64,000 nucleotides of DNA, from NCBI GenBank assembly GCA_963765675.1, contig CAVXXK010000003.1:160001-224000 (forward strand), written 5' to 3'. A program made the position numbers and the translations under genes. The DNA comes from an uncultured delta proteobacterium (GTDB lineage Bacteria; Desulfobacterota; Binatia; Binatales; Binataceae). The notes under the pieces were generated by a model. It was not told where the DNA came from and made no database searches. It was given only the letters and a program-made list of their open reading frames with translations. This document shows, piece after piece, positions 39,429 through 50,206 of the stretch; the first letter of the stretch is position 1, and every line of letters begins with the position of its first letter.

Positions 39429-40115
39429 TTCTGTTTCTTGTCCATGTGGCGCACGACTTTTCCGTTAACCATGAACATCACCATCTCCGCGATATTGGTC
39501 GCGTGGTCGGCGATCCGTTCGAGATACTTGGAGATAAACAAAAGCCGCGTCGCGGGCCCGATGGTATGCGGGTCCTCGGCCATGTAGCTCAGCAGCTCAC
39601 GGTAAATCTGGTAATTGAGCTGATCGACCTCGTCGTCGCGCTCGATCACGCCTTGCGCGAGCTCGACATCGTTGCGCATGAATGCGTCGATCGAATCCTT
39701 GACCATCGATTGCGCGATCTCCGCCATCCGCGGCAAATCGACGTAGGGTTTGAGCTGGGGAACCTCGTTGAGCTCGAGCGCACGCTCACAGATGTTCACC
39801 GCGTTGTCGCCGATTCGTTCGAGGTCGGTGGTGATCTTGAGTCCGGTGGTGATGAAGCGCAGGTCGCTGGCGGTTGGCTGATGCAGCGCGAGCAGGCGGA
39901 TGCACTGTTCGTCGTTGGCGACGTCCATGATGTTGACTTCGCTGTCGTTCTTGATGACGGCGCGCGCGTGGTCGCTGTCGCGTTCGACCAGCGATTCCAT
40001 CGCCTCCGCGATTTGGCGCTCGACCAGAGCCGCCCATCTTGAGCAGACCCGCGCGCAAGCCGCGCAAATCCTCTTCGTACTGGCGATTAGTATGCTGCGG
40101 CTGCGGGGTATCCAT
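39425..40115 (-). CDS. phoU: Phosphate signalling protein PhoU (apparent frameshift near 40030)
   Basis: N-terminus MDTPQPQHTNRQYEEDLRGLRAGLLKMGG continues LVERQIAEAMESL after removing one base; DLERIGD and LERIADHATNIAE motifs. Confidence 0.9.
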
Positions 40116-40132
40116 TTTCGCCTCCCGGCGCT

Positions 40133-40894
40133 CTAGCCAAATCGGCCCGTGATGTAGTCTTCAGTTTCGCGCCGTGTGGGATTGGTAAAAATATGATTGG
40201 TGTCGCCGAACTCGATCAAATCTCCCTGGTACATGAATGCGGTGAAGTCGGCGGTGCGCGCGGCCTGCTGCATGTTGTGGGTCACGATCACGATTGTGTA
40301 GCTGGACTTGAGTTCGAGCAATAGCTCCTCGATCCGCGCGGTCGAGATCGGATCGAGCGCGGAGCACGGCTCGTCCATCAGCAGCACTTCCGGCTCGACC
40401 GCAAGCGCGCGGGCCACGCACAGGCGCTGCTGCTGTCCGCCGGAGAGGCTCGCGCCCGGACGGCGCAGGCGATCCTTGACCTCGTCCCATAGCGCGGACT
40501 GGCGCAGGCTTTTCTCGACGATCCGGTCGCGCTCGGCGCGCGAGAGCTTAAGCCCGTTGAGACTCAGCCCCGAAGCGACGTTGTCTTCGATCGACATCGC
40601 GGGAAACGGCGTAGGCTTCTGAAACACCATCCCGATTCGCCGGCGAATCTGCACCGGGTCAACGTCGGGGGCGTAGATATTCTCGCCGTCGAGCAGGACT
40701 TCGCCTTCGGCGCGCGCTCCCGGAACAACCTCGTGCATCCGGTTGAGGCATCGCACCAGCGTCGACTTGCCGCATCCCGACGGACCGATGATCGCGGTGA
40801 CATTACCTTCGGGGAACGACAGGCTGATGTCTTTGAGCGCGCGCACTGAGTGGAAAAACGCACTCAAGTGCCGCACTAGCAGTTTGTCGGACAT
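40133..40894 (-). CDS. pstB: Phosphate ABC transporter ATP-binding protein
   Basis: [41 protein letters not shown] and YITGRFG. Confidence 0.96.
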   Translation of the reverse strand: MSDKLLVRHLSAFFHSVRALKDISLSFPEGNVTAIIGPSGCGKSTLVRCLNRMHEVVPGARAEGEVLLDGENIYAPDVDPVQIRRRIGMVFQKPTPFPAMSIEDNVASGLSLNGLKLSRAERDRIVEKSLRQSALWDEVKDRLRRPGASLSGGQQQRLCVARALAVEPEVLLMDEPCSALDPISTARIEELLLELKSSYTIVIVTHNMQQAARTADFTAFMYQGDLIEFGDTNHIFTNPTRRETEDYITGRFG

Positions 40895-41005
40895 ATTATT
40901 CCGCCACCGCCGCCGACGATCCCGCTCCCATCACGCGCAATTCTAACGACGGATTGTTAAGGATTAATTACCACGCCGCGAACCCTCAATGAATCCGCCG
41001 ATCTT

Positions 41006-41417
41006 ATTCCTCCCCCATTGTCTGACATGGGGGAGGATTAAAGGAGGGGGTGCAGCGACGATACTCTCGCATCGGCGGCCTCCCGCATAGGTATGAACGT
41101 CGCCAGCGGGTGCCCTACCGCTCCGGGATTCCTCTCCTGCGGCTCGGAATGACGATCGAAGGTTCGTCATATGAATACTCGCCCCGAGACGAGATCCATG
41201 ATCTTCAATATCGAGACTCCCGATCGTCATTCCGAGCCATAGGCGAGGAATCCCGAGGCGGTAGGGCAGCCGTTTGCTTAGCCTCAACATCTTTACGGGA
41301 AGTCGCTTGCGCGAATCCTCGCTCAGGAAGGAAGCATCAGGATCGTTAGCCATCGCGAGAGCGTCGTCGCTGCACCCCCTCCTTTAATCCTCCCCCGTGG
41401 AAAAACGGGGGAGGAAT
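41006..41417. repeat. Nested inverted-repeat element (~410 bp)
   Basis: Outer arms gggggaggattaaaggagggggtgcagcgacga / tcgtcgctgcaccccctcctttaatcctccccc; inner arms gggattcct...ggctcggaatgacgatcg / cgatcgtcattccgagcc...aggaatccc. Confidence 0.85.
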
Positions 41418-42697
41418 CAGGCGGCTTTGGTGATCCTGTCCATCCCTCCCATGTAGGGACGCAGGACCGGTGGGATCGTTATGCTGCCGTCCTCGTTTTG
41501 GTAGGTCTCGAGGAGGGAGATGAGCGTTCGCGGCATCCCGAGACCTGAGCCATTGAGCGTGTGGACGAATTCGGGTTTGCCGCCTTTTCCCGCGCGGAAC
41601 CTGATCTGCGCGCGGCGCGCCTGGAAATCCCAGCAGTTCGAGCACGAACTGACTTCGAGCCATTCGCCGCATCCCGGCGCCCACATCTCGACGTCGTACT
41701 TCGACGCCGCGGCGAAACCCAGGTCGCCGGTGCACATCTGGATCACGCGATATGGAATCTCGAGCCGCCGGCAGATCTCGCACGCGTCTTCGACCAGCTT
41801 TTCGAGCTCTTCGTCCGACTTCTCCGGATGCACCAGCTTGACCATCTCGACCTTGTCGAATTGATGGCCGCGCTTGATTCCGCGCACGTCGCGTCCGGCC
41901 GACATCTTCTCGCGCCGGAAGCAGGGCGTGTAGGCGGCCAGGTAGATCGGCAACCGGGCGGCGTCAAGAATCTCGCGCGCGTACATATTGGTGAGCGGCA
42001 CCTCGGCGGTCGGGATAAAGTAAAAATCTTCCTCGAAATCGCGATACATCGTGTCGGCGAATTTTGGCAGATGCGCGCTGCCGGTCACCGTCGCGGTATT
42101 GACCATCAGCGGCGGCGCAACCTCGAGGTAGCCCTGCTCCTGCGTCTTGATGTCGAGCATCCAGGCAATGAGCGCCCGCTCCAACCGCGCGCCCGCACCC
42201 AGCAGGAAATGAAATCGGGTGCCGGAGATTTTCACGCCGCGGTCGAAGTCTATAATCCCGAGCTTCTCGCCCAGTTCCCAATGCGGTAGCGGCTTGAACG
42301 AGGTGAACTCCTGCGGCGCGCCTACTGTCCGGACGATCTTGTTATCAGCGTCGCTCTTGCCGACGGGTACGTGCGGGCGCGGCAGATTCGGCAGCGTGAG
42401 CAGAAAATTCTCGCATTCGCTTTCGAGCTCGGAGAGATCGCGCTCGCCCGCAGTGATTCGGTCGCCGAGCGCACGCATCCCGGCGCGCTTTTGCTCTCGG
42501 ACCTCGGGCGATGCTTTGCCTAGTTCCTTTGATTCGGCAGCGCGGCGGGCACGCAGCTCGTCGAGCTCGAACTGGAGCTTGCGGCGGCGCGCGTCCGTTT
42601 CGAGCACTCGGTCAAGCTCGGCCCCTTCGACACCGACTTTGGCCAGCTCCGCTTTGACCAAGTCGGGTTTTTCGCGAATCAATTTGATATCGAGCAT
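41417..42697 (-). CDS. serS: Serine--tRNA ligase
   Basis: MLDIKLIR, IPTAEVP, TPCFRRE, HQFDKVE, EVSSCSNC.DFQARR and HTLNGSGL. Confidence 0.97.
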   Translation of the reverse strand: MLDIKLIREKPDLVKAELAKVGVEGAELDRVLETDARRRKLQFELDELRARRAAESKELGKASPEVREQKRAGMRALGDRITAGERDLSELESECENFLLTLPNLPRPHVPVGKSDADNKIVRTVGAPQEFTSFKPLPHWELGEKLGIIDFDRGVKISGTRFHFLLGAGARLERALIAWMLDIKTQEQGYLEVAPPLMVNTATVTGSAHLPKFADTMYRDFEEDFYFIPTAEVPLTNMYAREILDAARLPIYLAAYTPCFRREKMSAGRDVRGIKRGHQFDKVEMVKLVHPEKSDEELEKLVEDACEICRRLEIPYRVIQMCTGDLGFAAASKYDVEMWAPGCGEWLEVSSCSNCWDFQARRAQIRFRAGKGGKPEFVHTLNGSGLGMPRTLISLLETYQNEDGSITIPPVLRPYMGGMDRITKAA

Positions 42698-43141
42698 TCA
42701 AAATGCGTCCTTTAGATGCTGGAGGCGACGGCTGCCGCCCGCCTCGACAATTGCGACTACGTCGAAGCGCGCGTCGTGTTCCGCCGCGCGATAGTGCGCG
42801 ACAAACTGCTCGGCCGCACGGCGGATTTGCTCCTGCTTGGCGCGGTTGACCGATTCTTCCGGAGTTCCAGCCGCCGTTCCAGTGCGCCGTTTCACCTCGA
42901 CAAAGACGATCGTCTCCCCATCCATGGCGATGATATCGATCTCGGCATGTGCGGCGCGATAGTTGCGCGTAACGATGCGGTAGCCGAGCCGACGCAAGTG
43001 CCGCTCCGCGATTCGCTCTCCACGTCGCCCGAAGCGAAATCGCGCGGCTCCGGGCAGCACACTCTCCCGAGTCGCAAATCGGCTTAAAAGCGCGTCGAGC
43101 CGTGCCCAGACTTCGCCCGCTGAGGTTACACTTCGTGCCAT
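42698..43141 (-). CDS. yraN: YraN (UPF0102) family endonuclease-like protein
   Basis: G..GE..A...L...GY.I..RN, EIDIIA, VFVEVK and RFDVVAI. Confidence 0.88.
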   Translation of the reverse strand: MARSVTSAGEVWARLDALLSRFATRESVLPGAARFRFGRRGERIAERHLRRLGYRIVTRNYRAAHAEIDIIAMDGETIVFVEVKRRTGTAAGTPEESVNRAKQEQIRRAAEQFVAHYRAAEHDARFDVVAIVEAGGSRRLQHLKDAF

Positions 43142-43312
43142 ACTACAAGGCTTGTCCGCTTAGTCCAGATTATACTCTGGCTTCGCGGATCAGCGAGGCT
43201 TTTTTCTCGGATTGGAAACTAAATCTTACGGTATTTCGACCGCAAAGTTGCGGCAAGCCACCGCAAACGTGCGACTGACACGGAGCCACCGGGATGTTAC
43301 GATTCCGGCACG

Positions 43313-43609
43313 ATGGCGGAGAGCAAAATTACCCTGGAACAGGTGCGACACGTCGCGCGGCTGGCGCGGATCGAGCTCAGTCCCGGCGAAGAACAGCATC
43401 TCCGGGCCGACATGGACCAGATCCTCGCGTATGTGGACAAGCTCGGCGAACTCGACGTCAGCTCTGTCCTTCCGACCATGCAGGTCGGTGAATCGGGCAC
43501 GCCGATGCGCGCGGACGAGGTCACCAATTCGCCCGACGCGGAGGCGATGCTGGCAAATGCGCCGGCGCGCGAACGCGGGTACTTCAAGGTTCCGAAAATT
43601 ATTGAATAG
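43313..43609 (+). CDS. gatC: Asp/Glu-tRNA amidotransferase subunit C
   Basis: [10 protein letters not shown]...NAP...YFKVPKIIE. Confidence 0.95.
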   Translation: MAESKITLEQVRHVARLARIELSPGEEQHLRADMDQILAYVDKLGELDVSSVLPTMQVGESGTPMRADEVTNSPDAEAMLANAPARERGYFKVPKIIE

Positions 43610-43683
43610 CGGCCGCCTGGGTTCGATCCACTACCGAACTGACCATCGCGGCCGACGCGCCGCGAACGGAACGTGCTGACACG

Positions 43684-45147
43684 ATGGCATCCTCTGAACT
43701 GAATCGACTGACTATCGCCGACGCCGCCGCCCGGCTGCGTAAGCGCGAAATCTCGTCCACCGAACTGACCCGCGCGTGCCTCGATCGGATCGCGGCCGTG
43801 GAGCCACGGCTCCATGCGTTTATCACGGTCGTCGAAAAAGCGGCTCTGGCGCAGGCCGCCGAGGCTGATCGCCGCCTGCCGGCTGGCGACGCTCCGGCGC
43901 TGTGCGGAATCCCGCTCGGGATCAAGGATATTTACGCGACCAAGGGCGTTGCGACGACGTGTGCGTCGAGAATCCTGAGCAATTTTATTCCGCCTTTCGA
44001 CGCGACCGTAATTGCGAAGCTGCGCGCCGAAGGCGCGGTGTTCGTCGGCAAGACCAATATGGACGAATTCGCGATGGGTTCGTCCACCGAAAATTCCGCG
44101 TTCGGACCCACGATGAACCCGCATGACCTGTCGCGTGTGTCCGGCGGGTCGTCGGGCGGATCGGCCGCGGCGGTCGCGGCGGACGAATGCCTGGGCGCGC
44201 TCGGCACCGACACCGGAGGATCGATTCGCGAGCCGGCGTCGTTTTGCGGAGTGGTCGGAATCAAGCCGACCTATTCGCGCGTCAGCCGCTACGGCGTGAT
44301 CGCGTTCGCCTCATCGCTCGATCAGGTTGGACCGTTCGCCAAGAGCGTGCGCGACGCCGCGATTCTGCTGCGCTCGCTCGCGGGGCACGATCCCCGCGAT
44401 TCGACCTGCTCGACGCGTCCGGTCCCCGACTACGAGCGCGCACTCACCGGCGAAGTGAAGGGGCTCAAAATCGGCGTGCCCAAGGAATATTTCGTCTCCG
44501 GGATGGATCCCGCGGTCGAGCGATCGGTGCGCGCCGCGCTCAAGCATTACGAAACGATGGGCGCGAAGCTGATCGATATCTCGCTGCCGCACACGTCGTA
44601 CGCGATCGCCTGCTACTACCTGGTCGCAACCGCGGAGGCGAGCGCGAACCTGGCGCGCTACGACGGAGTCCGATACGGCGTGCGCGCCGCCGCGGAAGAC
44701 ACGATCGCTCTGTACGAGACCACGCGCGCTCAAGGTTTCGGCGCCGAAGTGAAGCGCCGCATCATGCTGGGAACCTTCGCGCTTTCGACCGGCTACTACG
44801 ACGCTTACTACCTGAAGGCGATGAAGGTGCGAACGCTAATCCGCCGCGACTTCGAGCGCGCGTTCGAGAGCTGCGACGTGATCGTGACGCCGGTCGCGCC
44901 GGGCACCGCGTTCAAGCTCGGCGAGAAGATGAACGATCCGCTGACGATGTATCTGTCCGACATCTTCACGATTTCGGTGAACCTGGCCGGCCTGCCGGGC
45001 CTGGCGCTCCCGTGCGGCTACGACGCGAACAATCTACCGATCGGGATGCAGATAATCGGCGCGCCGTTTGCCGAGGAAACGATCCTGCGCGCGGGCGACG
45101 CGTTCGAGCGCTCGGGCGCGGTGACGCTCAAACGGCCCGCGCTGTGA
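43684..45147 (+). CDS. gatA: Asp/Glu-tRNA amidotransferase subunit A
   Basis: [38 protein letters not shown] and YYLKA. Confidence 0.97.
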   Translation: MASSELNRLTIADAAARLRKREISSTELTRACLDRIAAVEPRLHAFITVVEKAALAQAAEADRRLPAGDAPALCGIPLGIKDIYATKGVATTCASRILSNFIPPFDATVIAKLRAEGAVFVGKTNMDEFAMGSSTENSAFGPTMNPHDLSRVSGGSSGGSAAAVAADECLGALGTDTGGSIREPASFCGVVGIKPTYSRVSRYGVIAFASSLDQVGPFAKSVRDAAILLRSLAGHDPRDSTCSTRPVPDYERALTGEVKGLKIGVPKEYFVSGMDPAVERSVRAALKHYETMGAKLIDISLPHTSYAIACYYLVATAEASANLARYDGVRYGVRAAAEDTIALYETTRAQGFGAEVKRRIMLGTFALSTGYYDAYYLKAMKVRTLIRRDFERAFESCDVIVTPVAPGTAFKLGEKMNDPLTMYLSDIFTISVNLAGLPGLALPCGYDANNLPIGMQIIGAPFAEETILRAGDAFERSGAVTLKRPAL

Positions 45148-45154
45148 GAAGACG

Positions 45155-46592
45155 ATGAATAACGAAACATATGAAGCGGTGATCGGACTCGAGGTCCACA
45201 CCCATCTGATGACGAAGTCGAAGCTGTTCTGCGGATGCTCGACGGAGTTCGGGCGCGCGCCGAACGAAAACGTCTGCCCGGTGTGCCTCGGGATGCCCGG
45301 AGTGCTCCCGGTGCTGAACCGGCGCGTCGTCGAGCTGGCGGTGCGCACGGGACTTGCCGCGCATTGCGAAATATCGGAGCGCTCGATCTTCGATCGCAAG
45401 AGTTATTTCTATCCCGACCTGCCGAAGAATTATCAAATCTCGCAGTACGAAACGCCGGTATGCAAAGGCGGATATATCGAAATTCCGGCCGGTGATGGCG
45501 CGGTGAAGAAGATCCGGCTGGTGCGGATTCATATCGAAGAAGACGCGGGCAAGAATATTCACGAAGCCAACGCGAGCCTGGTCGATTTCAACCGCTCATG
45601 CGTGCCGCTGATCGAAATCGTAAGCGAGCCCGACCTCCGCTCCGCCGACGACGCGAGCGCCTATCTGCACGAGCTGCGCAGTATCCTGCGCTATATCGAG
45701 GCCTCCGACGGCCGCATGGAGGAAGGCAGCTTTCGCTGCGACGTCAACGTCTCGGTGCGCAAGCGCGGCGCCTCAGAGCTGGGGGTGAAGACCGAAATCA
45801 AAAACTTGAACTCGTTCCGCTTCGTCGAAAAGGCGATCGACTTTGAGGTCAATCGGCAGATCGAGTTGATCGAGTCCGGCGGCAAAGTCGCGCAGGAGAC
45901 GCATCTGTGGGATCCCGTGCGCGAAGAGACGCGCCCGATGCGCTCGAAAGAGTTCGCGAACGATTATCGCTACTTCCCCGAGCCCGATCTTCCGCCGCTA
46001 ATCGTGGCGCCCGCGATGGTCGAAGAGATCCGCCGCGCGATGCCGGAGCTTCCCGCGGATCGCCGTGCGCGCTACATCCGCGACTTCGGCCTCGGCGCCT
46101 ACGAAGCGGGCGTGCTGACCGCCGAGCGCGAGACCGCGGATTATTTTGAAGCCACGACTCCGGGCCTGAAAAATCCGAAGAGCGCCGCCAACTGGGTGAT
46201 GACCGAAGTGCTGCGCGTCGCCAACGACACCGGCAAGCCTCTGGCCGAGGCGGTGCCTGCAGCAGCCGAAGTCGGCGCGCTGCTCAGGATGGTCGAAGAC
46301 CAGAAGATCAGCCTGAATGCAGCCAAGACCGCGTTCGCCGCGATGGTGAAATCCGGCAAGAGTGCGGACGCGACGATCGCCGAGCTGGGTCTAGCGCAGG
46401 TCTCCGATACCGGCGCGATCGCGGCGGCGTGCGACGCGGTGATCACCGCCGAGCCGGCCAAACTCGCCGAGTATCGCGGCGGACGCGACAAGCTGTTCGG
46501 ATTTTTCGTCGGCCAGGTAATGAAAGCGATGGGCGGCAAAGCCAACCCCAAGGTAATCAACGAAATCCTGAAACAGAAACTCGCCGGGCTAG
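45155..46592 (+). CDS. gatB: Asp/Glu-tRNA amidotransferase subunit B (stop lost through an apparent 1-bp insertion at about 46587)
   Basis: VIGLEVH, YFYPDLPK, EEDAGK, DYRYFPEPDL and GFFVGQVMK...GKANP; ctc gcc ggg cta g reads ctc gcc ggc TAG after removing one G. Confidence 0.95.
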
Positions 46593-47461
46593 GTCGGGCG
46601 GAGCTTCAGGAAAGCAGGATGCCGGAACGGGGCGCCGGGCGCGAGCTTGCGCGACATGTCCTCGAACACCGAGCGCGGCTCGCCCTCGGCGTTTTGCCCG
46701 ACCATCAGGCCCGGGCGCAGCACGAATTTGGCGTCGTCACCGAAAAAACGCAGCGACAGTGTGCGGCGGCGCTTTCCGCGATGCGTCGGCGCTCCGCCGT
46801 GGAGCATCGCGGGATGAAACACGATCACGTCGCCTGGCTCGACGCCCCACGAGACGATATCCCACCTGGAGCGTTCGGCCTCGATATTCGGCAGCCGCGG
46901 CATCGCCTCGCCGCCATAAAGCGGCGCGGTATCGTCGGTGGGATCAAATCTCGAACCGTCATACAGCACGCCGCGATGCGACCCGCGGACAAACTCCAGC
47001 GAGTCTTCGCGCGCGACCGGGTCGAACGAGATCCACATCACGGCGATTCGGTTTCCCTCGATCGGCAAGTAGGAGGAATCCTGATGCCACGGCGTGCGCC
47101 GGCTCTCGCCGCCCTCTTTCAGAAACACCTGCTCGTAGAGGAACCATACGTCGGGTGCGTTCCACAGCGCGGCGACAAGATCGGCGGCCGGCGATCGCAA
47201 CAGCATCTCGCGGTAGCCGGTCAGCGCGTTTGGATTAAGCAAATCCTGATAGAAGCGATCGGGCGCGTCGGCGGTGCCCTGAAATTGATTTGCGGCGCGG
47301 CCGGGATTGGCGAGACTCCATTCGAATGCGGCGCGAGCGCGGTCGAGTGCGTCGTCGTCCAGGACCTTGCGCAGGCATACGGCGCCGTCGGCGGCGAATC
47401 GTTCCCGCATCGACTCGATTTCCGCCCGATTCGTCGAGCTTCCTGAAGCGTCAGAGGACAT
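46589..47461 (-). CDS. Phytanoyl-CoA dioxygenase (PhyH) family protein
   Basis: TPWHQD, WISFDPV, LEFVRGSH and PGDVIVFH..LHG; GAGG RBS before MSSDASG. Confidence 0.88.
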   Translation of the reverse strand: MSSDASGSSTNRAEIESMRERFAADGAVCLRKVLDDDALDRARAAFEWSLANPGRAANQFQGTADAPDRFYQDLLNPNALTGYREMLLRSPAADLVAALWNAPDVWFLYEQVFLKEGGESRRTPWHQDSSYLPIEGNRIAVMWISFDPVAREDSLEFVRGSHRGVLYDGSRFDPTDDTAPLYGGEAMPRLPNIEAERSRWDIVSWGVEPGDVIVFHPAMLHGGAPTHRGKRRRTLSLRFFGDDAKFVLRPGLMVGQNAEGEPRSVFEDMSRKLAPGAPFRHPAFLKLRPT

Positions 47462-47531
47462 GGCTTCCTCTTCGCACAGGACGATCGGAATCGTCAACTC
47501 ACGCAGGGAAAACTGCGCGCGGAGTACGTCC

Positions 47532-48314
47532 TCAACGAGAGGGACTGGCGTTATTGTTCGAGCTGCTGAATCCGCCGCTGGCGGCAACTCCTCCGACCAC
47601 TCCACCGCCGACGGCGGCAGCGGCTCCGGCAGCGGCTGCGCCAGTGCCCAGACCACTCCCTGCCCCGGCGGCCGCGATCGCCGCCGCAGCAGTCGGCAGC
47701 AACGCGCATGGGACGATCGATTTGAAGCCCGGATGGAGCTGCACTGTATTGCCGGGCGCGGAGACGTTCGCGACGTCAACCACGCCGTCATAGACGGCTA
47801 CGTCGGTGAAGCGATGGCATCCTTCGAACTGTTTTCGATTGACGCCTTCCTGGTACGACACGTCGTACTTGGTGCCGCGAGCCGCGGCGACGGCGTTCGG
47901 TGTGTGAACTTCGTAAGTGGACGCGCCGGCGCCGGTGGCATGCACCACGTATGATCGGAGAACACCGGCCAACAGGGTGATCTTGTCGGCGGTAGTGGTG
48001 GTGGCGTTGCGATGCGGGATGTCCAGCTTGACCTTGGACAGCTCGCCAATCTCGAGCGTGCTCTTATCGGCCAAAGTAACGGTTGCGCTTGAAGCAGCGG
48101 CGGTATCAACCTCGTCACCGTCGAATACGGCCGTACCCACCGCTGCCTGACTCGATATTCCGTTGTGGACGACGACAACGCCGCCGGTTACGACCGTGAC
48201 AGTTGCATCACCGGTTTGCGCCCATGCAGGCGTCGCGATCGCGATTATCGCGATCAATATCGAGAACAGAGCGGCTTTGGACATCGCGTGGATTGCTTTC
48301 TCTAATAGCTTCAT
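47532..48314 (-). CDS. Secreted FecR-domain protein with Ala/Gly-rich C-terminus
   Basis: Signal peptide, GDEVDT, TPNAVAAARGT and VYDGVVDV; start uncertain. Confidence 0.75.
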   Translation of the reverse strand: MKLLEKAIHAMSKAALFSILIAIIAIATPAWAQTGDATVTVVTGGVVVVHNGISSQAAVGTAVFDGDEVDTAAASSATVTLADKSTLEIGELSKVKLDIPHRNATTTTADKITLLAGVLRSYVVHATGAGASTYEVHTPNAVAAARGTKYDVSYQEGVNRKQFEGCHRFTDVAVYDGVVDVANVSAPGNTVQLHPGFKSIVPCALLPTAAAAIAAAGAGSGLGTGAAAAGAAAAVGGGVVGGVAASGGFSSSNNNASPSR

Positions 48315-48482
48315 TATCCGATTCATAAGATGAAATCGAGCATTCCCGTGGGCGTACCCAACTGAAAACGTAGTAACCGGGACTGGAAGTGCGGGACTGC
48401 AATTTGCAGTGCTAACTAAGCATTGACGGCGCAGATAAGGCAAACGTGCCAATCGACCTTAAAGGAGGCGACCGGTCGAGAT

Positions 48483-49673
48483 TCAGCCTTTAGGCAGGCC
48501 GAGCGTCCGTTCACCGATAATGTTGCGTTGAATCTCGCTGGTGCCGCCGGAGATCGTGTACTGGCGCGAGCTGAGCACGCGATTTTGCCATCGGGGCGCA
48601 TCCGGCACCACTTCGGTTGGATCTCCCAGCAATCCGTAGCCGCCGAGCAACTCGGTCGAGAAGCGCGCGATTCGCACACCCAGTTCGGAGCCGAACAACT
48701 TGAGCATCGATCCCTCGGGTCCCGGCGGCAGCCCCTTGAGCATCCGGGTCAGGGTTCGCAGGCGGGCGTATTTCGCGGCTTCGCAATCGATCAGCAGCTC
48801 CGTCATCCGCTGACGAACCCAAGCCTGCTCCGACGCCGGGCGTCCTCCTATCTGTACAGTCTTGGCGAGCGCGGCCAGCCGCTCGACCTGTGCGCGATGG
48901 CTTCCGCCGCCGGCGAAACCACGCTCGTAGCTGAGCGTGGTCATCGCGACTTTCCATCCTTCGTTGACTTTGCCGACGAGGTTTTCCTTCAGCACCTGGA
49001 CGTTCTCGAAGAAGACCTCGTTGAAGTGCGCATGCCCGTTCATCGTGACCAGCGGACGCACCTCGACGCCGGGACTCTTCATGTCCATCAGCAGATAGGT
49101 GATCCCTTTGTGCTTGGGAGCGTCGGGATCAGTGCGCGCGAGCAGGAACATCCGGTCCGCGTACTGCGCTCCCGAGGTCCAGACTTTCTGGCCGGTGAGC
49201 AGAAAATAATCGCCCTGATCGACGGCACGCGTCGAGAGGTTGGCAAGGTCCGAGCCGGCGCCGGGCTCGGAATAGCCCTGGCACCAGATATCTTGGGCAG
49301 CGAGGATTCGCTTCAGGTATCGATTCTTCTGCGCGTCCGTGCCCCACTGCATCAAGGTGGGACCGCACATGTTGAGGCCGAAATATCCGGGCATGATCGG
49401 ACCGCGTGCGCGGTCATACTCGTCGTCCCAGATGAATTGTTCGATCACGGTAGCGGCGCGTCCGCCGTACTCGCGCGGCCACGCAAGGCCTGCGTAGCCT
49501 GCGGTATAAAGCTGGTTCTGCCATGCGCGGCGGCGCTCGAAGATCTCGCGATTGGGCGCGATCCGTTCGTCCTGCGCGTCTTCGATCTTGAGCTCGTCGG
49601 GCAGATTCGCGGCGAGCCACGCGCGCACCTCGCGCCGAAAGGCCTCCTGCTCCGGAGAAAATTCAAAATCCAC
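48483..49673 (-). CDS. Acyl-CoA dehydrogenase family protein
   Basis: WCQGYSEPGAGSDLA, GQKVWTS, FNEVFF and TISGGTSEIQRNIIGER. Confidence 0.94.
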   Translation of the reverse strand: MDFEFSPEQEAFRREVRAWLAANLPDELKIEDAQDERIAPNREIFERRRAWQNQLYTAGYAGLAWPREYGGRAATVIEQFIWDDEYDRARGPIMPGYFGLNMCGPTLMQWGTDAQKNRYLKRILAAQDIWCQGYSEPGAGSDLANLSTRAVDQGDYFLLTGQKVWTSGAQYADRMFLLARTDPDAPKHKGITYLLMDMKSPGVEVRPLVTMNGHAHFNEVFFENVQVLKENLVGKVNEGWKVAMTTLSYERGFAGGGSHRAQVERLAALAKTVQIGGRPASEQAWVRQRMTELLIDCEAAKYARLRTLTRMLKGLPPGPEGSMLKLFGSELGVRIARFSTELLGGYGLLGDPTEVVPDAPRWQNRVLSSRQYTISGGTSEIQRNIIGERTLGLPKG

Positions 49674-49685
49674 GAATGATGTTCC

Positions 49686-49904
49686 TTAACGATGAGGGAT
49701 TACGGAAGCCTCGACACTCAAGCCCGTGCCGTCGCCGCTGGGATGATAGTGCAGCTTCTCAAACCCGATCACACGTCCGGAGGAATCCTTCATCAGGATC
49801 ACCTCGTCGGTGGTTTCCTCGGACACGTCTTCGAGATGCGGATCGTCAAACCATACGGTGAGCGTCTGACCAATCGTGTCGTGAATCACGCGGATCTTGT
49901 CCAT
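49686..49904 (-). CDS. DUF2283-like small protein (putative antitoxin)
   Basis: 72 aa acidic protein, TLTVWF...VILMKDSSGRVIGFEKL. Confidence 0.7.
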   Translation of the reverse strand: MDKIRVIHDTIGQTLTVWFDDPHLEDVSEETTDEVILMKDSSGRVIGFEKLHYHPSGDGTGLSVEASVIPHR

Positions 49905-50206
49905 ATTTTATCTCCCGCCTTAACCGCGTCGGTTCGATATGCGGTGATGAGAAAGCCGCCGTCTACCTGCCTTCTCACAACGGCGCAAATCCAGCGACCA
50001 GAATCTTCACGATAAAATAGCAGAACTTTCTCATCCTTGCGGCTGCGCCGGACCTCGACAGGCTCTCGCAGCACGCGCTCGATTTCCTTCTCACGCCCCG
50101 AGAGCACCGGGTGTTTTCGGTCGACGATATAATCCCAATACGCGCTGGTACATCGCACCTTAAATCCGAGCGGCGTTTCGACCTCGAAAAGCAACTGCTC
50201 CGGCAT
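49886..50206 (-). CDS. DUF4258/BECR-like small protein (putative toxin)
   Basis: W.YIV..KHP, P..VRRS, LFY and GFLITAY pattern; overlaps the DUF2283-like gene. Confidence 0.65.
   Translation of the reverse strand: MPEQLLFEVETPLGFKVRCTSAYWDYIVDRKHPVLSGREKEIERVLREPVEVRRSRKDEKVLLFYREDSGRWICAVVRRQVDGGFLITAYRTDAVKAGDKIWTRSA

Noticed and set aside
43240-43320. Resemblance to a c-di-GMP-I (GEMM) riboswitch upstream of gatC
   Set aside because: GGCAA and GCCACCGG are present, but the GAAA tetraloop/receptor and GACGCAAA core do not match, and the context is implausible; an Infernal scan would settle it
45155-47446. 763-aa GatB with a long C-terminal extension or fusion
   Set aside because: The extension is the antisense of the PhyH gene; deleting one G at about 46587 gives a normal stop at 46590-46592 that overlaps the convergent gene's stop
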